64,000 nt of DNA from Vicinamibacterales bacterium (GTDB lineage Bacteria; Acidobacteriota; Vicinamibacteria; Vicinamibacterales; UBA8438): the NCBI GenBank assembly GCA_965262555.1, contig OZ253543.1, forward strand, positions 1,546,970-1,610,969, in the 5' to 3' direction. The position numbers and the translations under genes are program-made. The notes under the pieces are model-generated. The model saw only the letters and a list, made by a program, of their open reading frames with translations, searched no databases and was not told the origin of the DNA. Below, in pieces: positions 1 to 12,374 of this stretch. Within the stretch, counting starts at the first letter, position 1; each line of letters begins with the position of its first letter.

Positions 1-687
1 GCGATCATCCTCAATTCACCAGGCAACCCGACCGGTGCGCTGATCGCCGAATCGGACCTGGCGACGATTGCACGCGAGACAGCCGCGGCTGGCATCTGGT
101 TGGTGCTCGATCTCTGCTACGAACGGCTGATCTACGACGACGTGCCGCACAACCTGCCGCGGGTGGTGGCGGAGCATGCGTCCGACCGGACCGTGCTGGT
201 CGGCAGCGCGTCGAAGAGCTGGTCGATGACCGGCTGGCGATGCGGCTGGGCACTCGGACCTGCGGCGCTGATCCGGGCGGCCGAGGCGGTGCAGGGCCAT
301 GCGACGACGAATGTGTCGTCGATCACGCAGCGCGCCGCGCTCGAGGCGCTCAGCGGTCCAGACGACGACGTGCGCGCGATGCTGGACGAGTACCGAACCC
401 GTCGCGATCAGATGATCGGGTGGCTCGCGGATGAGCCCCGCCTCCGGGTCGTCCCGCCTGCCGGCGCGTTCTATCTCTTCCCGGATGTCTCGGAGCTGCT
501 GTCGCCCGGCGGCATCCGGACGTCAGCGGAGTTTGCCGCACGCCTGCTCGACGACGCGCGCGTCGCAGTGACGCCGGGCGAAGCGTTCGATACGCCGGGC
601 TTCGTGCGCCTGTCGTACGCCGCGTCGCTCGACCGCCTCGCGGCGGGCGCCGACCGGCTGAAGCGGTTCGCCGCCAGTCTTCCCTGA
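1..687 (+). CDS. Class I/II (aspartate-type) aminotransferase, C-terminal part; the 5' end lies outside the window
   Basis: Frame 1 is open from base 1 (AIILNSPGNPTG...). It has the PLP-lysine block SASKSWSMTGWRCGW and a TGA stop at 685-687. Track ORF 100..687 is the Met-started in-window part. Confidence 0.85.
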   Translation, partial: AIILNSPGNPTGALIAESDLATIARETAAAGIWLVLDLCYERLIYDDVPHNLPRVVAEHASDRTVLVGSASKSWSMTGWRCGWALGPAALIRAAEAVQGHATTNVSSITQRAALEALSGPDDDVRAMLDEYRTRRDQMIGWLADEPRLRVVPPAGAFYLFPDVSELLSPGGIRTSAEFAARLLDDARVAVTPGEAFDTPGFVRLSYAASLDRLAAGADRLKRFAASLP

Positions 688-743
688 CGATCGTTCACAG
701 TGGACCGCTTGCCGCCGGTGCGTGGTGTTGGCAAACTGACGGT

Positions 744-1124
744 ATGCGAATTGTGGTGGTGGGGGCGTCGGCTGACCGACGCAAGTACGGCAACAAGGCG
801 GTCAGGGCGTTTCTCGCGCAGGGCCACGACGTAGCTGCGGTGAATCCCCGGTGCGCCGCTGCGGGCGAGTTGATCGAGGGCGTGCCGGCCCACGCCACAC
901 TGCGTGACGTACCGGGTGCGATCGACGTCGCCACCTTCTACGTCCCGCCCGCGGTGGGGGAACGCCTCCTCGATGATGTCGCGGCCCGCAGGATCCCGGA
1001 GGTCTGGCTCAACCCTGGCGCCGAGAACGACGCGCTGCTCGCCCGGGCGCGGGAACTGGGACTCGAGACGCGGCTGCAGTGCAGCATTGTGGCGGTAGGG
1101 GATTCACCCGCGAACTACGCATAG
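744..1124 (+). CDS. CoA-binding domain protein (YccU/YneT-like)
   Basis: 126 aa. The N-terminus MRIVVVGASADRRKYGNKAVRAFLAQGHDVAAVNP is typical of the small CoA-binding (Rossmann) family. Confidence 0.7.
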   Translation: MRIVVVGASADRRKYGNKAVRAFLAQGHDVAAVNPRCAAAGELIEGVPAHATLRDVPGAIDVATFYVPPAVGERLLDDVAARRIPEVWLNPGAENDALLARARELGLETRLQCSIVAVGDSPANYA

Positions 1125-1143
1125 CCTGGGATCCGCGCCGGGG

Positions 1144-1173
1144 TTGACAACCGCAGGTGTTGGTACCTATGCT
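1144..1173 (+). promoter_or_regulatory. Sigma-70-like promoter candidate for rho (TTGACA-N18-TATGCT), leaving a ~100-nt leader
   Basis: TTGACA at 1144-1149 and TATGCT at 1168-1173, in the 152-bp gap upstream of the rho ATG at 1277. Confidence 0.35.
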
Positions 1174-1276
1174 GTCTGACAGTCTATCGCCCGGAATCCT
1201 CCGAGGCGATCTTTCCTGAACATTTTGGCGCGCGGCTGCACACCGCACGACCCGTTACGCGAAGGTTCATTCCGGT

Positions 1277-2683
1277 ATGGACGAAGACAAAACGAACGCC
1301 TCCTCCGGCACCATCGCCGACGTCCCGCCGGTCGATCCCGAGCCGATCGGCGCCGATTCGGGTGAGTCCGCCGAGGTCGAGCCCGATACCTCCGGAAGGT
1401 CGCGCGGCAGAGTTCGCGGGAAGCCGACGCTGAAGATCGCCGACCTGAAGGAGCTGGACATCACGCCGCTCACCAAGGTGGCGAAGGACCTGAACGTGCC
1501 GGGCGCCACCGGCATGCGGAAACAGGAACTGATCTTCCAGATCCTGAAGGCGCAGACCGAGCAGAGCGGCTTCATCTTCTCGGAGGGAGTCCTTGAGGTG
1601 CTGCCCGACGGCTTTGGCTTCCTCCGCGCGCCCGACTACAACTACCTGCCTGGTCCAGACGACATCTACGTCTCGCCGTCCCAGATCCGGAAGTTCGACC
1701 TTCAGACCGGCGACACGGTGTCGGGGCAGATCCGCCCGCCGAAGGAAGGGGAGCGTTACTTCGCCCTGATTAAGGTGGAGGCGGTCAACTTCGAGTCGCC
1801 CGATCATGCACGCGAGAAGCTCTTCTTCGAGAACCTGACGCCGCTGTATCCACTGGAACGTGTGCGTCTGGAGACCGCTTCGGGCAACCTGTCGGCGCGC
1901 GTCATGGATCTGATGACGCCGATCGGCAAGGGGCAGCGCGGCCTGATCGTGGCGGCGCCGCGCACCGGCAAGACGATGCTCCTGCAGAACATCGCGCAGT
2001 CGATCGCGAAGAACCACTCCGAGGTGTACCTGATCGTCCTGCTGATCGACGAGCGGCCGGAAGAGGTGACCGACATGCGGCGGTCGGTCGATGGTGAGGT
2101 GATCTCGTCGACGTTCGACGAGCCGGCGCAGCGCCACGTGCAGGTGGCCGAGATGGTGATCGAGAAGGCGAAGCGTCTGGTGGAGCACAGGAAGGATGTC
2201 TTCATCGTGCTCGATTCGATCACGCGGCTGGCGCGCGCCTACAACGCGGTGATCCCGCCCTCCGGCAAGGTGCTGTCGGGCGGTCTCGACTCGAACGCGC
2301 TCCAGAAGCCGAAGCGGTTCTTCGGCGCGGCGCGCAACATCGAGGAGGGTGGCTCGCTCACGATCATGGCGACCGCGCTGGTCGACACCGGATCCCGGAT
2401 GGACGACGTCATCTTCGAGGAGTTCAAGGGGACCGGCAACATGGAGATCCACCTCGCCCGGCAGCTGGTCGACAGGCGCGTCTTCCCGGCGATCGACATT
2501 CAGAAGAGCGGCACGCGGAAGGAAGAGCTGCTGCTCAGCGGCGAGGATCTGAACCGCGTCTGGGTGCTGCGCAAGGTGCTCCATCCGCTCTCGTCGGTCG
2601 AGGCGATGGAGCTGCTGCTGGACAAGATGGGCAAGACCAGGTCGAACGCCGACTTCCTGGCGTCGATGCAGAAGAGGGGATGA
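1277..2683 (+). CDS. rho: Transcription termination factor Rho (with a ~50-aa acidic N-terminal extension)
   Basis: 468 aa. It has the RNA-binding block [13 protein letters not shown] and the Walker [15 protein letters not shown], with full-length collinearity to Rho. Confidence 0.97.
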   Translation: MDEDKTNASSGTIADVPPVDPEPIGADSGESAEVEPDTSGRSRGRVRGKPTLKIADLKELDITPLTKVAKDLNVPGATGMRKQELIFQILKAQTEQSGFIFSEGVLEVLPDGFGFLRAPDYNYLPGPDDIYVSPSQIRKFDLQTGDTVSGQIRPPKEGERYFALIKVEAVNFESPDHAREKLFFENLTPLYPLERVRLETASGNLSARVMDLMTPIGKGQRGLIVAAPRTGKTMLLQNIAQSIAKNHSEVYLIVLLIDERPEEVTDMRRSVDGEVISSTFDEPAQRHVQVAEMVIEKAKRLVEHRKDVFIVLDSITRLARAYNAVIPPSGKVLSGGLDSNALQKPKRFFGAARNIEEGGSLTIMATALVDTGSRMDDVIFEEFKGTGNMEIHLARQLVDRRVFPAIDIQKSGTRKEELLLSGEDLNRVWVLRKVLHPLSSVEAMELLLDKMGKTRSNADFLASMQKRG

Positions 2684-2689
2684 TCAAGC

Positions 2690-2895
2690 ATGCCAACCAC
2701 GATCAAGATCCGCGACAACGGTCCCTGCCTCGTCGACGGCGACGACGTCACGCTTACCGATGCGGAGGGCAACGCGTATCGGGTGGACAGGCGGCCCTTC
2801 GCGCTCTGCCGGTGCGGGTGCTCGGACAACAAGCCGTTCTGCGACGGCTCGCATAACCGCGAGGGCTTCGACTCAGCCCCCCGCGCGGAGGAGTC

Positions 2896-2899
<4 letters not shown>
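2690..2899 (+). CDS. CDGSH-type iron-sulfur domain protein
   Basis: 69 aa containing [16 protein letters not shown] (the C-x-C-x2-S-x3-P-x-C-D-G-S-H signature). It starts 7 nt after the rho stop. Confidence 0.8.
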
Positions 2900-5093
<2,194 letters not shown>

Positions 5094-5097
<4 letters not shown>

Positions 5098-6119
5098 GCG
5101 GTCTCGTCAAGCAATGGCGCCAGCGCCTCGAACAGCTTCCTCGCCTCCGGTGTGAGGTGGCGCGGCAGCATGACGTGGGCCGTCGCGTACTGATCGCCCC
5201 GGCCGTCACCGTTCCGGAGCGACGGCATTCCGTGGCCCCTGATCCGGAACACCTGACCTTCCTGGGTGCCGGCCGGCACCTTGAGGCGCACCGACCGGCC
5301 ATCGATCGTCGGCACGTCCACCTCGCCCCCCAGCACCGCGGTCGCAAGCGGCATCGTGGCGCGAATGTAGAGGTCGCGACCCTTGCGCGTGCAGATCGGA
5401 TGGGGCGCAATCTGCACGCGCAGGTAGAGATCTCCTGCCGCCGCGCCGGCCGTGCCCGCTCCACCCCGGCCGGCGATACGGACTCGCGATCCGGTGTCGA
5501 CGCCAGCCGGGATCCGGACCTCGACGGTTCGATCGCCGCCGTCGCCGCTCAACATCAGGCGCTGCGTCACACCCCGGAACGCCTGCTCGAGCGTCAACTC
5601 CATTGCATGCTCGGTGTCGCGTCCCTTCTGCGCGCGCGGCGGGCGTCGGCCGCCGGCCGACGGGGCGCGGCCAGGGAAGCCGCCGCCGCCAAAGAACGCC
5701 TGGAAGAAGTCGGAGAAGGCGCCGCCGCCGCCCGAGGTGCCGAACCCGCCGCCGGCCCCGCCGAACAGGTCGCGCAACTCCTCCTCGGAGACCGATCGGA
5801 ACCCGCCGCCCCTGCCGCCGGTCGTCGTCCTGCGGAACCCGCCCGGACCGCCGCCGGCGAACGGGTTCCGTCCCGCCGCCCGGGCCCGTTCGTACTCCTT
5901 CCAGTTGGCGCCCAGTTCGTCGTACTTCTTCCGCGTCTCGGCGTTGCCCAGCACTTCGTACGCCTCGTTGACCTCCTTGAAGCGCTGCTCGGCTGCCGGA
6001 TCGTTGTGGTTGACGTCAGGGTGGTACTGCCGCGCCTGCTTCCGGTATGCCTTCTTGATCGCGTCCTGCGACGCGATGCGATCAACGCCGAGCGTGCTGT
6101 AGTAGTCCCTGAACTCCAT
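5094..6119 (-). CDS. DnaJ-family co-chaperone, CbpA-like (J-domain, G/F-rich region and C-terminal domains; no Cys-rich zinc finger)
   Basis: [12 protein letters not shown]...YHPDVN J-domain, followed by a Gly-rich stretch and no CxxCxGxG repeats. I place the start at ATG 6119 (track ORF starts at 6173). The stop overlaps the clpB start (ATGA). Confidence 0.85.
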
Positions 6120-6253
6120 GCGTGCCGTCTCGATTTCAGTATAGAGCCGCACCCGCGCCCGGTGGTGCCACACGGAGACGAGTGAGCCGGAATTCTGCCG
6201 AGGGCTGTTAGACTTCCCAAGAGCCGTCGGGCACGGCCGATGGCCCGCACGCG

Positions 6254-7746
6254 ATGCCGACTCCGCCCAGCGTCACCGACTCCGACTTCTTCACGTCGCG
6301 CTGGGGTGTCATTGTTGCCGGAATCGGCATGGCAGTCGGCGCCGGCAACCTCTGGCGCTTTCCCAGGATCGTCGCGGAGAACGGCGGCGGCGCGTTCCTG
6401 ATTCCCTGGCTGCTCTTCCTGTTCATCTGGTCGATCCCGCTCCTGATCGCCGAGTTCGGCCTGGGGCGCGGCGCGCGGCGCGGGCCGATCGGATCGTTCG
6501 CCGCGCTCGTCAGCCGCCGCACCGCCTGGATGGGTGGCTTCGTCGTCGTCACCACCGTGATGATCATGTTCTACTACTCGGTCGTCACCGGGTGGGCGCT
6601 CAAGTACTTCACGGCGGCACTCGCGGGGGACCTTGCCTCCGGCGCCGACACGGCGGCGTACTGGGAGACCTACAGCGGGTCGATGTGGCAACCGATCCTG
6701 TTCCACGTTGCCGCCATCGCCGCCGCTGGCGCCGTTGTCGCGCGCGGCGTGACGCGTGGCATCGAACGGGCGAACCGGATCCTGATCCCGACCCTTTTCG
6801 TCCTGCTGCTGCTCGCGGTGGCGCGCGCCGTGACGCTGCCGGGCGCGGGGGAGGGGTTGCGGTACCTCTTCGTCCCGGATCTGGCGCGTCTTGCCGACTA
6901 CCGCACCTGGCTCGAGGCGCTGACGCAGTCGGCCTGGTCGACCGGCGCCGGCTGGGGACTGATGCTCAGCTATGCGGTCTACGTGCGGCGCGACGATGAC
7001 GTCGTGTCGAACGCCGTGTCGATCGGCCTGGGGAACAACCTGGCGTCGATCCTCGCCGCGATGGCGATTCTGCCGGCGGTCTTCGCCATCCTGCCCACCA
7101 CCGAAGCACTTGGCGCCATGGCGGCGGGGAACACCGGTTTGTCGTTCATCTGGATCCCGCAGGTGTTCGCCCGGATGCCGGCGGGGGAGATCTTCCTGCC
7201 GCTCTTCTTTCTCACGCTCTTCTTCGCCGCACTCTCCTCCCTCATAGCGATGGTGGAGTTGGCGGTTCGCGTCCTGCTCGATGGTGGCCTGCCGCGCAAG
7301 CGGGCCGTCGGTCTGGTGGTCGCGGCCGTCGCAGTCTGCGGAGTGCCGTCCGCCGCAAGCCTGCAGGTGTTCGAAAATCAGGATTGGGTCTGGGGACTGG
7401 CACTGATGGTGAGCGGTTGTTCATCGCCATCGCCGTGATTCGCTACGGCGCCGACCGCTTCCGCACCGATCTGGTCAACACGAACGCCGCCGGACGGCGC
7501 GCCGGACCGCTCTGGAGTTGGGTGCTCACGTGGCTGGTGCCGATCGAGTTCGCCGTGATGTTTACCTGGTGGATGTACCAGTCGGCGACCGTGTACGACC
7601 CCGAGGGATGGTGGCATCCGATCCGGGTCTACAGCATTGGCACGTGCGTCGCGCAGTGGGGGATTGCGCTGACCATTCTCTGGCTCGGCAACCGCCGACT
7701 GGCGGCGGGAAGCCTTGTCGCGCCTCACCGAGGAGAAACGCTATAA
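6254..7746 (+). pseudogene. Neurotransmitter:sodium symporter (NSS/SNF) family transporter, interrupted by a 1-nt frameshift near 7412-7416
   Basis: GAGNLWRFP motif near the N-terminus. ORF 6254..7438 (394 aa) continues in the -1 frame as 7384..7746. The hydrophobic segment WVWGLALMVSG|LFIAIAVIRYG is only continuous across the frame change. Confidence 0.75.
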
Positions 7747-7812
7747 TTGGTGTGCGTTCCGGCGCCGTACAGGGGCCGGCCGGCGTTTTCTAACGTTACA
7801 AGGAGCGACAAC

Positions 7813-8250
7813 GTGTATCCAGAGTTCTTCATTGCCCCTATGCGGGAGGAATTGACACGGTTCGGGGTCAGGGAACTGCGAACGGCCGCCGCGGTCGACG
7901 ACGCGGTAACGGGCACCCCCGGGACCCTGATGGTCGTGGTCAACTCGGTCTGCGGCTGTGCCGCCGGAAGAGCACGCCCGGGCATTGCGCTGGCCCTGCA
8001 ACACGACACAACGCCGGATGTCGTCGCCACCGTCTTCGCTGGCGCCGACATCGAGGCGACGGAACGTGCGCGCGGCTACCTTGCCGGCTATCCTCCCTCT
8101 TCGCCGTGCATCGCGCTGCTGCGCGGCGGCCGGCTGGTGTACCTGATGGAACGACACCAGATCGAGAATCAGGAAGCCGCCGCGATCGCCCGCGACCTGA
8201 CCGCCGCCTTCGACGAACACTGCGCGCCGGTCGGCGAAGCGGTCAGCTAG
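7813..8250 (+). CDS. Bacilliredoxin (BrxA/BrxB, YphP/YqiW, DUF1094) family thiol-disulfide oxidoreductase
   Basis: It has the VVVNSVCGCAAG motif (the CGC active site of the family). I place the start at GTG 7813, 7 nt after AGGAG (7801-7805); the track ORF begins at 7747. Confidence 0.75.
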   Translation: MYPEFFIAPMREELTRFGVRELRTAAAVDDAVTGTPGTLMVVVNSVCGCAAGRARPGIALALQHDTTPDVVATVFAGADIEATERARGYLAGYPPSSPCIALLRGGRLVYLMERHQIENQEAAAIARDLTAAFDEHCAPVGEAVS

Positions 8251-9349
8251 GCCAGGCGTCGGTCGCGTTCCGCGCCTGGGCGCGGCTGGACCCCGCACTG
8301 GTTGCCACATCAGATGCTGGCTGCTCACGGCGTGCCGGGGGCGGTGGCTCGACGCGCGTGGGAGGTTCGGCCGGGACGATGTGGAGCGGGCGGCCGCCAC
8401 GCATCCAGGCGTCGCGCACCAGGGCGGCGAGCAGGTCGAGGAACTCGGGGTGGTCGTTCACGGCCGTAGCGCGTTGCATCGGCAGATCGAGCTCTCGGCA
8501 GACCGCCGCCGCTTCAGTGTCGAGGTCGTACAGCACTTCGAGATGGTCGGCAACGAAGCCGATCGGGGCAATGATCGCCGCCGCCAGTCCCCGGCCGCGT
8601 TCGGCGCGAAGGTAGTCACACACGTCCGGTTCCAGCCACGGATCATCCGGTCGGCCGCTCCGGCTCTGATAGCTGAGCACCCAGTCGGCGTCGGTGTGTC
8701 CGGCGGCCGTGACGATCAGTTGCGCCGCCTCCAGCAGTTCCGCCTCGTACCGGCACGCATCCGCCATCGTTCGCGGGATGCTGTGTGCGGTGAAGACAAT
8801 CCGCGCGCTGTGCTGTAGATCGGGTGGCAGCCGGTGCCGCGCGTCGGCGATCCGCTCGGCGTTCGCCGCGACGAAGCGGGGATGCGCGTGCCAGTCGCTG
8901 GCGTACGTCACGTCGATGTCGGGCCGGCCCGATGCCCGCAGCGTGCGCCGGGCATCGTCCACGTTCTGCCGATACTGGCCGCAGCTCGAGTAGCTGTGCT
9001 GCGCTGCCAGGATGATGCCGAACGCGCGCCGTATGCCGGCGTCTGCCATCGCCGCCAACGTCTCGTCGAGGAACGGATGCCAGTTGCGCATGCCGACCCA
9101 GACCGGGAGATCGGGCTGACCCTCGGCCAGTCTGGCCCGGAGACCGTCCGCCTGGCGACGGGTAATCGCGGTGATGGGGGAGACGCCGCCGTACTGTTCG
9201 TAGTGGTGCGCCACGGCGTCAATCCGTGCCGCCGGAATGCGCCGGCCGCGCAGCACGTTTCGAAGGAAGGGCCGGATTTCGTCGAGTCCCTCCGGTCCGC
9301 CGAAGCTGATCAGGAGGACGCCATCGAACGGCCGTCCGGCTGGCGACAT
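8243..9349 (-). CDS. hemH: Ferrochelatase
   Basis: LLISFGGPEGLDEIRPFLRNV N-terminal block and full-length collinearity. The start is placed at ATG 9349 (alternatives up to 9451). There is a ~45-aa Pro/Ala-rich, Cys-free C-terminal tail. The 3' end overlaps the convergent bacilliredoxin gene by 8 bp. Confidence 0.88.
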   Translation of the reverse strand: MSPAGRPFDGVLLISFGGPEGLDEIRPFLRNVLRGRRIPAARIDAVAHHYEQYGGVSPITAITRRQADGLRARLAEGQPDLPVWVGMRNWHPFLDETLAAMADAGIRRAFGIILAAQHSYSSCGQYRQNVDDARRTLRASGRPDIDVTYASDWHAHPRFVAANAERIADARHRLPPDLQHSARIVFTAHSIPRTMADACRYEAELLEAAQLIVTAAGHTDADWVLSYQSRSGRPDDPWLEPDVCDYLRAERGRGLAAAIIAPIGFVADHLEVLYDLDTEAAAVCRELDLPMQRATAVNDHPEFLDLLAALVRDAWMRGGRPLHIVPAEPPTRVEPPPPARREQPASDVATSAGSSRAQARNATDAWPS

Positions 9350-9413
9350 GGCGGCATGATACCCGTCAGCAGCCGCGTGATACGATTCGCCCACGTCCGG
9401 GGAGACCACCGAC

Positions 9414-10169
9414 ATGCCCAGACTGGCCGCGAGCGTCACGATGATGTTCAACGAGTGGGACCTGCTCGATCGCTTCGAACAGGCGGCACGCGTCGGCTTC
9501 GAAGGGGTCGAGATTCAGGGGCCCTACGGCGAATCAGCGCAGGACATCGCGAACCGCGTGCGGCAGCACAGTCTGACGGCAACGCTCATGAACGTGCCGG
9601 TGGCCGCCGGGGCGATCCCGGGACGGGAGCAGGAGTACCGCGACGGACTGAACCGGGCGTTCGAGTACGCCGAGGCGGCTGGCTGCGGCCAGCTCCACTG
9701 TCTTGCCGGGCGAACCGACGATCCGAGGGCCGAGGACACGTTTGTCGCAAACCTCGAGTGGGGTTCGGAGCGGGCCAGGCCGCTGGGGATCCGGCTGCTG
9801 CTCGAGCCACTCAATACGCAGGACAACCCGGGCTACTTTCTGACCGGTTCGGCCCAGGCGCGACGGATCATCGAGCGGGTGGGCGCAGATAACATCTTCC
9901 TGCAGTACGACTTCTACCACATGCAGATCATGGAGGGGTACCTGGCCGAAACGGTCCGGGCGAACCTCGACATCATCAGCCACTTCCAGATCGGCGGGGT
10001 GCCGGGACGGCATGAGCCGGACGAGACGCAGGAGATCAACTACCCATACCTGTTTGGCGTGATCGACGACGTCGGCTTCGGCGGATGGGTCGGCTGCGAG
10101 TACCGGCCGGCGGGAGAAACGCTCGCCGGCCTGGAATGGGCCCGTCCCTTGGGCATCAACCCCGGATAG
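9414..10169 (+). CDS. hyi: Hydroxypyruvate isomerase (xylose-isomerase-like TIM barrel)
   Basis: 251 aa, collinear with E. coli Hyi as I remember it (...MFNEWDLLDRFEQAARVGFEGVEI...QYDFYHMQIMEG...GWVGCEYRP). Confidence 0.8.
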   Translation: MPRLAASVTMMFNEWDLLDRFEQAARVGFEGVEIQGPYGESAQDIANRVRQHSLTATLMNVPVAAGAIPGREQEYRDGLNRAFEYAEAAGCGQLHCLAGRTDDPRAEDTFVANLEWGSERARPLGIRLLLEPLNTQDNPGYFLTGSAQARRIIERVGADNIFLQYDFYHMQIMEGYLAETVRANLDIISHFQIGGVPGRHEPDETQEINYPYLFGVIDDVGFGGWVGCEYRPAGETLAGLEWARPLGINPG

Positions 10170-10202
10170 CGTGGGGCTTTCGACGCCGGTGACGCATACC
10201 GG

Positions 10203-10231
10203 CTGACAGCCGGCGCGCCATGGGATAAAAT
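10203..10231 (+). promoter_or_regulatory. Sigma-70-like promoter candidate for tRNA-Pro (CTGACA-N17-TAAAAT)
   Basis: CTGACA at 10203-10208 and TAAAAT at 10226-10231. The tRNA 5' end is 16 nt downstream. Confidence 0.4.
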
Positions 10232-10246
10232 AGCGGTTTCTCTGGT

Positions 10247-10323
<77 letters not shown>

Positions 10324-10358
10324 TTCACACCCACCCCGACGCGGACCCCACGCGTCGG

Positions 10359-11939
10359 TTACGGCTCTTCGCTGGTGGTGACGAACCGCTGCGCCTCGCT
10401 GTACCCCGGGTCGTCGCTCTCGCCGATCCAGAACCCGGCAAGCGTCCCGTAGTAGTTGCGCGCCGCCGCGCGATCCCCGGTCGCATTGGCGGCGCGGGCG
10501 GCCCCCAGGAGCGAGCGCATCCGGTTCGGCATCCGGAGCAACGACGTCTCGAACTTCGCCAGCGCATCGGCCGGACGGTCGAGCTCCAGCAGGATCTCGC
10601 CGTACAGCTCGTACGGTGGCTTCACCGGGCTGGCCGCGCCGTTCGGCGGCCGGAGGGTCTCGACGATCGCGATCGCCTCGTCCATCGTCGCGACTGCGTC
10701 GTCCGCCCTCCCCTCGGCGGCCTGGAGTGACGCCGCCACTTCGCGGTACGCGATCCGCTCCTGTGCGCTCCCGTCGTCGTCCGCCATCCGCTTGAGGGCC
10801 GCCTCCGCCGCGCGCGCCGCGGCAAGGTCGCCGGTCCGCACACCGCTCAGCCCCGTAGCGAGTAGTTCGTGCATCGACGACTCGTCGGTCACCGGCAGCA
10901 CCTGCCACTCCTCGGCCTCGACGACGTAGCGTGCCCTCACCAGCGGCAACGACGTCACGGCGCGTTGCTGACCGTCGCTCGTGGCGATGATCTCCTCGAG
11001 CCGCTCGATCCAGAGACGCCCCTTCGCGTAGTCTCCCCGCTGCAGGTCGCCGTACTGACCCCAGTCGAGCGAGTGAATCGCGTCGCCCACCGCATCACCC
11101 GGCATCCAGAGCGCCCGCGCCGCATCGTGGGCGGACTGGTTGTGGTTCGACACCATGTCCCACATGCCGTGCTGGATAAAAATGTGGGTCGGCATGTGGC
11201 GCGCGTGCGACACGGCGGGCGCGGTCGCCGCATAGCGGAGCGCGGCGTCGAGGGCCAGCGGCGCATGAAGCGGATCGTCGAACGCGTGAATGGTGTAGTG
11301 CCGCGCGCCCGGATGGCCCGGGTTCTCCGCCGTCACCTTCATGGCGATGTTGCCGGCCCGAACCTCGAGACGGAGCGACTGATCGCCAAGGGCGCGCGAT
11401 CCGGCAAGCATCGAGAGCGCATAGAAGGCGGCTACCTCATGATCGTCGGGATAGCGGTCGTAGAGCCGCTCCATCGCTTCCATATAGCGAACACGGCGTT
11501 CGTTGTACGTCCCTTCCTCGGCCCAGAGCTCCTCGACCGCCTCCAGAAAGCCGCGCTCCCGGTCCGTCGCCGCCTTCGCGGCGCGCTCGGAGCGGGTCGG
11601 CGCGAGGCGCTGCAGCACCCCGCGGGGGTGTTCCTCGTCGAGGCCCCGGCCGGCGCCGAACAGTGGATGGTTGTAGCAGAGGGTCTCGCCCCAATAGGCG
11701 AGCGCGAAGTCGGGTTCGATCTCCTGCGCCGCCTGGAACTGCTCGATCGCCTGCTTCCAGCCGAAGCTGTGCAGGATGGCGACGCCGCGCAGGAAATGGC
11801 GCTGCGCGTCCTCCGAGCGGGCGGATGTCGGGAAGTCCAGCGACCCCACATCGGCAAACTGCGCGGCCGCTGGCGGCCCGGCGCTGAACGTCATCAGCAC
11901 GACGGCAATAGTGGCGGCGAGTCGAATGGCAGTTTGCAT
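10359..11939 (-). CDS. Secreted TPR-repeat protein of unknown function
   Basis: 526 aa. It has an N-terminal signal peptide (AATIAVVLMTFSAGPPAAAQ) and a helical-repeat composition. No catalytic motif was recognised. Confidence 0.6.
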   Translation of the reverse strand: MQTAIRLAATIAVVLMTFSAGPPAAAQFADVGSLDFPTSARSEDAQRHFLRGVAILHSFGWKQAIEQFQAAQEIEPDFALAYWGETLCYNHPLFGAGRGLDEEHPRGVLQRLAPTRSERAAKAATDRERGFLEAVEELWAEEGTYNERRVRYMEAMERLYDRYPDDHEVAAFYALSMLAGSRALGDQSLRLEVRAGNIAMKVTAENPGHPGARHYTIHAFDDPLHAPLALDAALRYAATAPAVSHARHMPTHIFIQHGMWDMVSNHNQSAHDAARALWMPGDAVGDAIHSLDWGQYGDLQRGDYAKGRLWIERLEEIIATSDGQQRAVTSLPLVRARYVVEAEEWQVLPVTDESSMHELLATGLSGVRTGDLAAARAAEAALKRMADDDGSAQERIAYREVAASLQAAEGRADDAVATMDEAIAIVETLRPPNGAASPVKPPYELYGEILLELDRPADALAKFETSLLRMPNRMRSLLGAARAANATGDRAAARNYYGTLAGFWIGESDDPGYSEAQRFVTTSEEP

Positions 11940-12013
11940 GGCGAGTCTCCTGTAGCCGTTCCGTCAGCGTAGCACAGGGTCTGCGCGATAGGCGACACAC
12001 TATAATCATCGCG

Positions 12014-12322
12014 ATGTGGCCGCCGGTCGGGGGGCCGCATGACATGTTTCTAGCCCGAAGATTCCTGGTGAGCGGCCGTGTGCAGCGGGTCGGCTTCCGT
12101 GCCTTCGTGGCGGGGACCGCGCGGCGCGAGGGGATCCGCGGCTTCGTCCGGAACCTGACCGACGGCCGGGTCGAGGCGGTGGGCGAGGGAGAACGCGCGG
12201 CGATCGAGCGCTTCGTCCGGGCGCTGCACGAAGGCCCGCCGCTGGCGAGGGTCATGGATGTCATCGTCGAGGAGTTGGCGCCGCTCAACCTGACCGGGGA
12301 GTTCACCGTCCGCGCCCGATGA
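12014..12322 (+). CDS. acyP: Acylphosphatase
   Basis: It has the [11 protein letters not shown] and [12 protein letters not shown] motifs. By homolog length the start could be ATG 12044 instead of 12014. Confidence 0.85.
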   Translation: MWPPVGGPHDMFLARRFLVSGRVQRVGFRAFVAGTARREGIRGFVRNLTDGRVEAVGEGERAAIERFVRALHEGPPLARVMDVIVEELAPLNLTGEFTVRAR

Positions 12323-12374
12323 CCGACGTTCGCACCGCGCCCGTCGACAGAGTTTCACGGAAGACCACGATCCC

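Noticed and set aside
1184-2584. 466-aa ORF antisense to rho. Similar long antisense or alternate-frame ORFs include 3085..3954, 5067..6185, 5594..6706, 10869..11972, 21809..23335, 35170..37140, 38196..39557, 44005..44697 and 51273..53555.
   Set aside because: Each lies opposite or out of frame to a gene with unambiguous family signatures. Their translations are Arg/Pro/Gly/Ala-rich low-complexity strings, which is typical of stop-codon-poor frames in ~70% GC DNA. None has an identifiable motif.
6120-6253. Heat-shock control element (CIRCE, HAIR, a sigma-32 promoter or a sigma-54 promoter) upstream of the J-protein/clpB operon.
   Set aside because: Only a -10-like TATACT was found (reverse complement of 6138-6143). 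There are no CIRCE or HAIR inverted repeats. A TGGCAC hexamer is present, but with GG-N9-GC spacing, which is incompatible with sigma-54.
7638-7652. Sigma-54-like promoter match TGGCAC-GTGCG-TCGC (correct GG-N10-GC spacing), ~160 nt upstream of the bacilliredoxin gene.
   Set aside because: It lies inside the transporter coding sequence. The -12 element is TCGC rather than TTGC. TGGCAC is expected by chance many times in 128 kb of high-GC sequence, and no enhancer-binding-protein site or activator gene is nearby.
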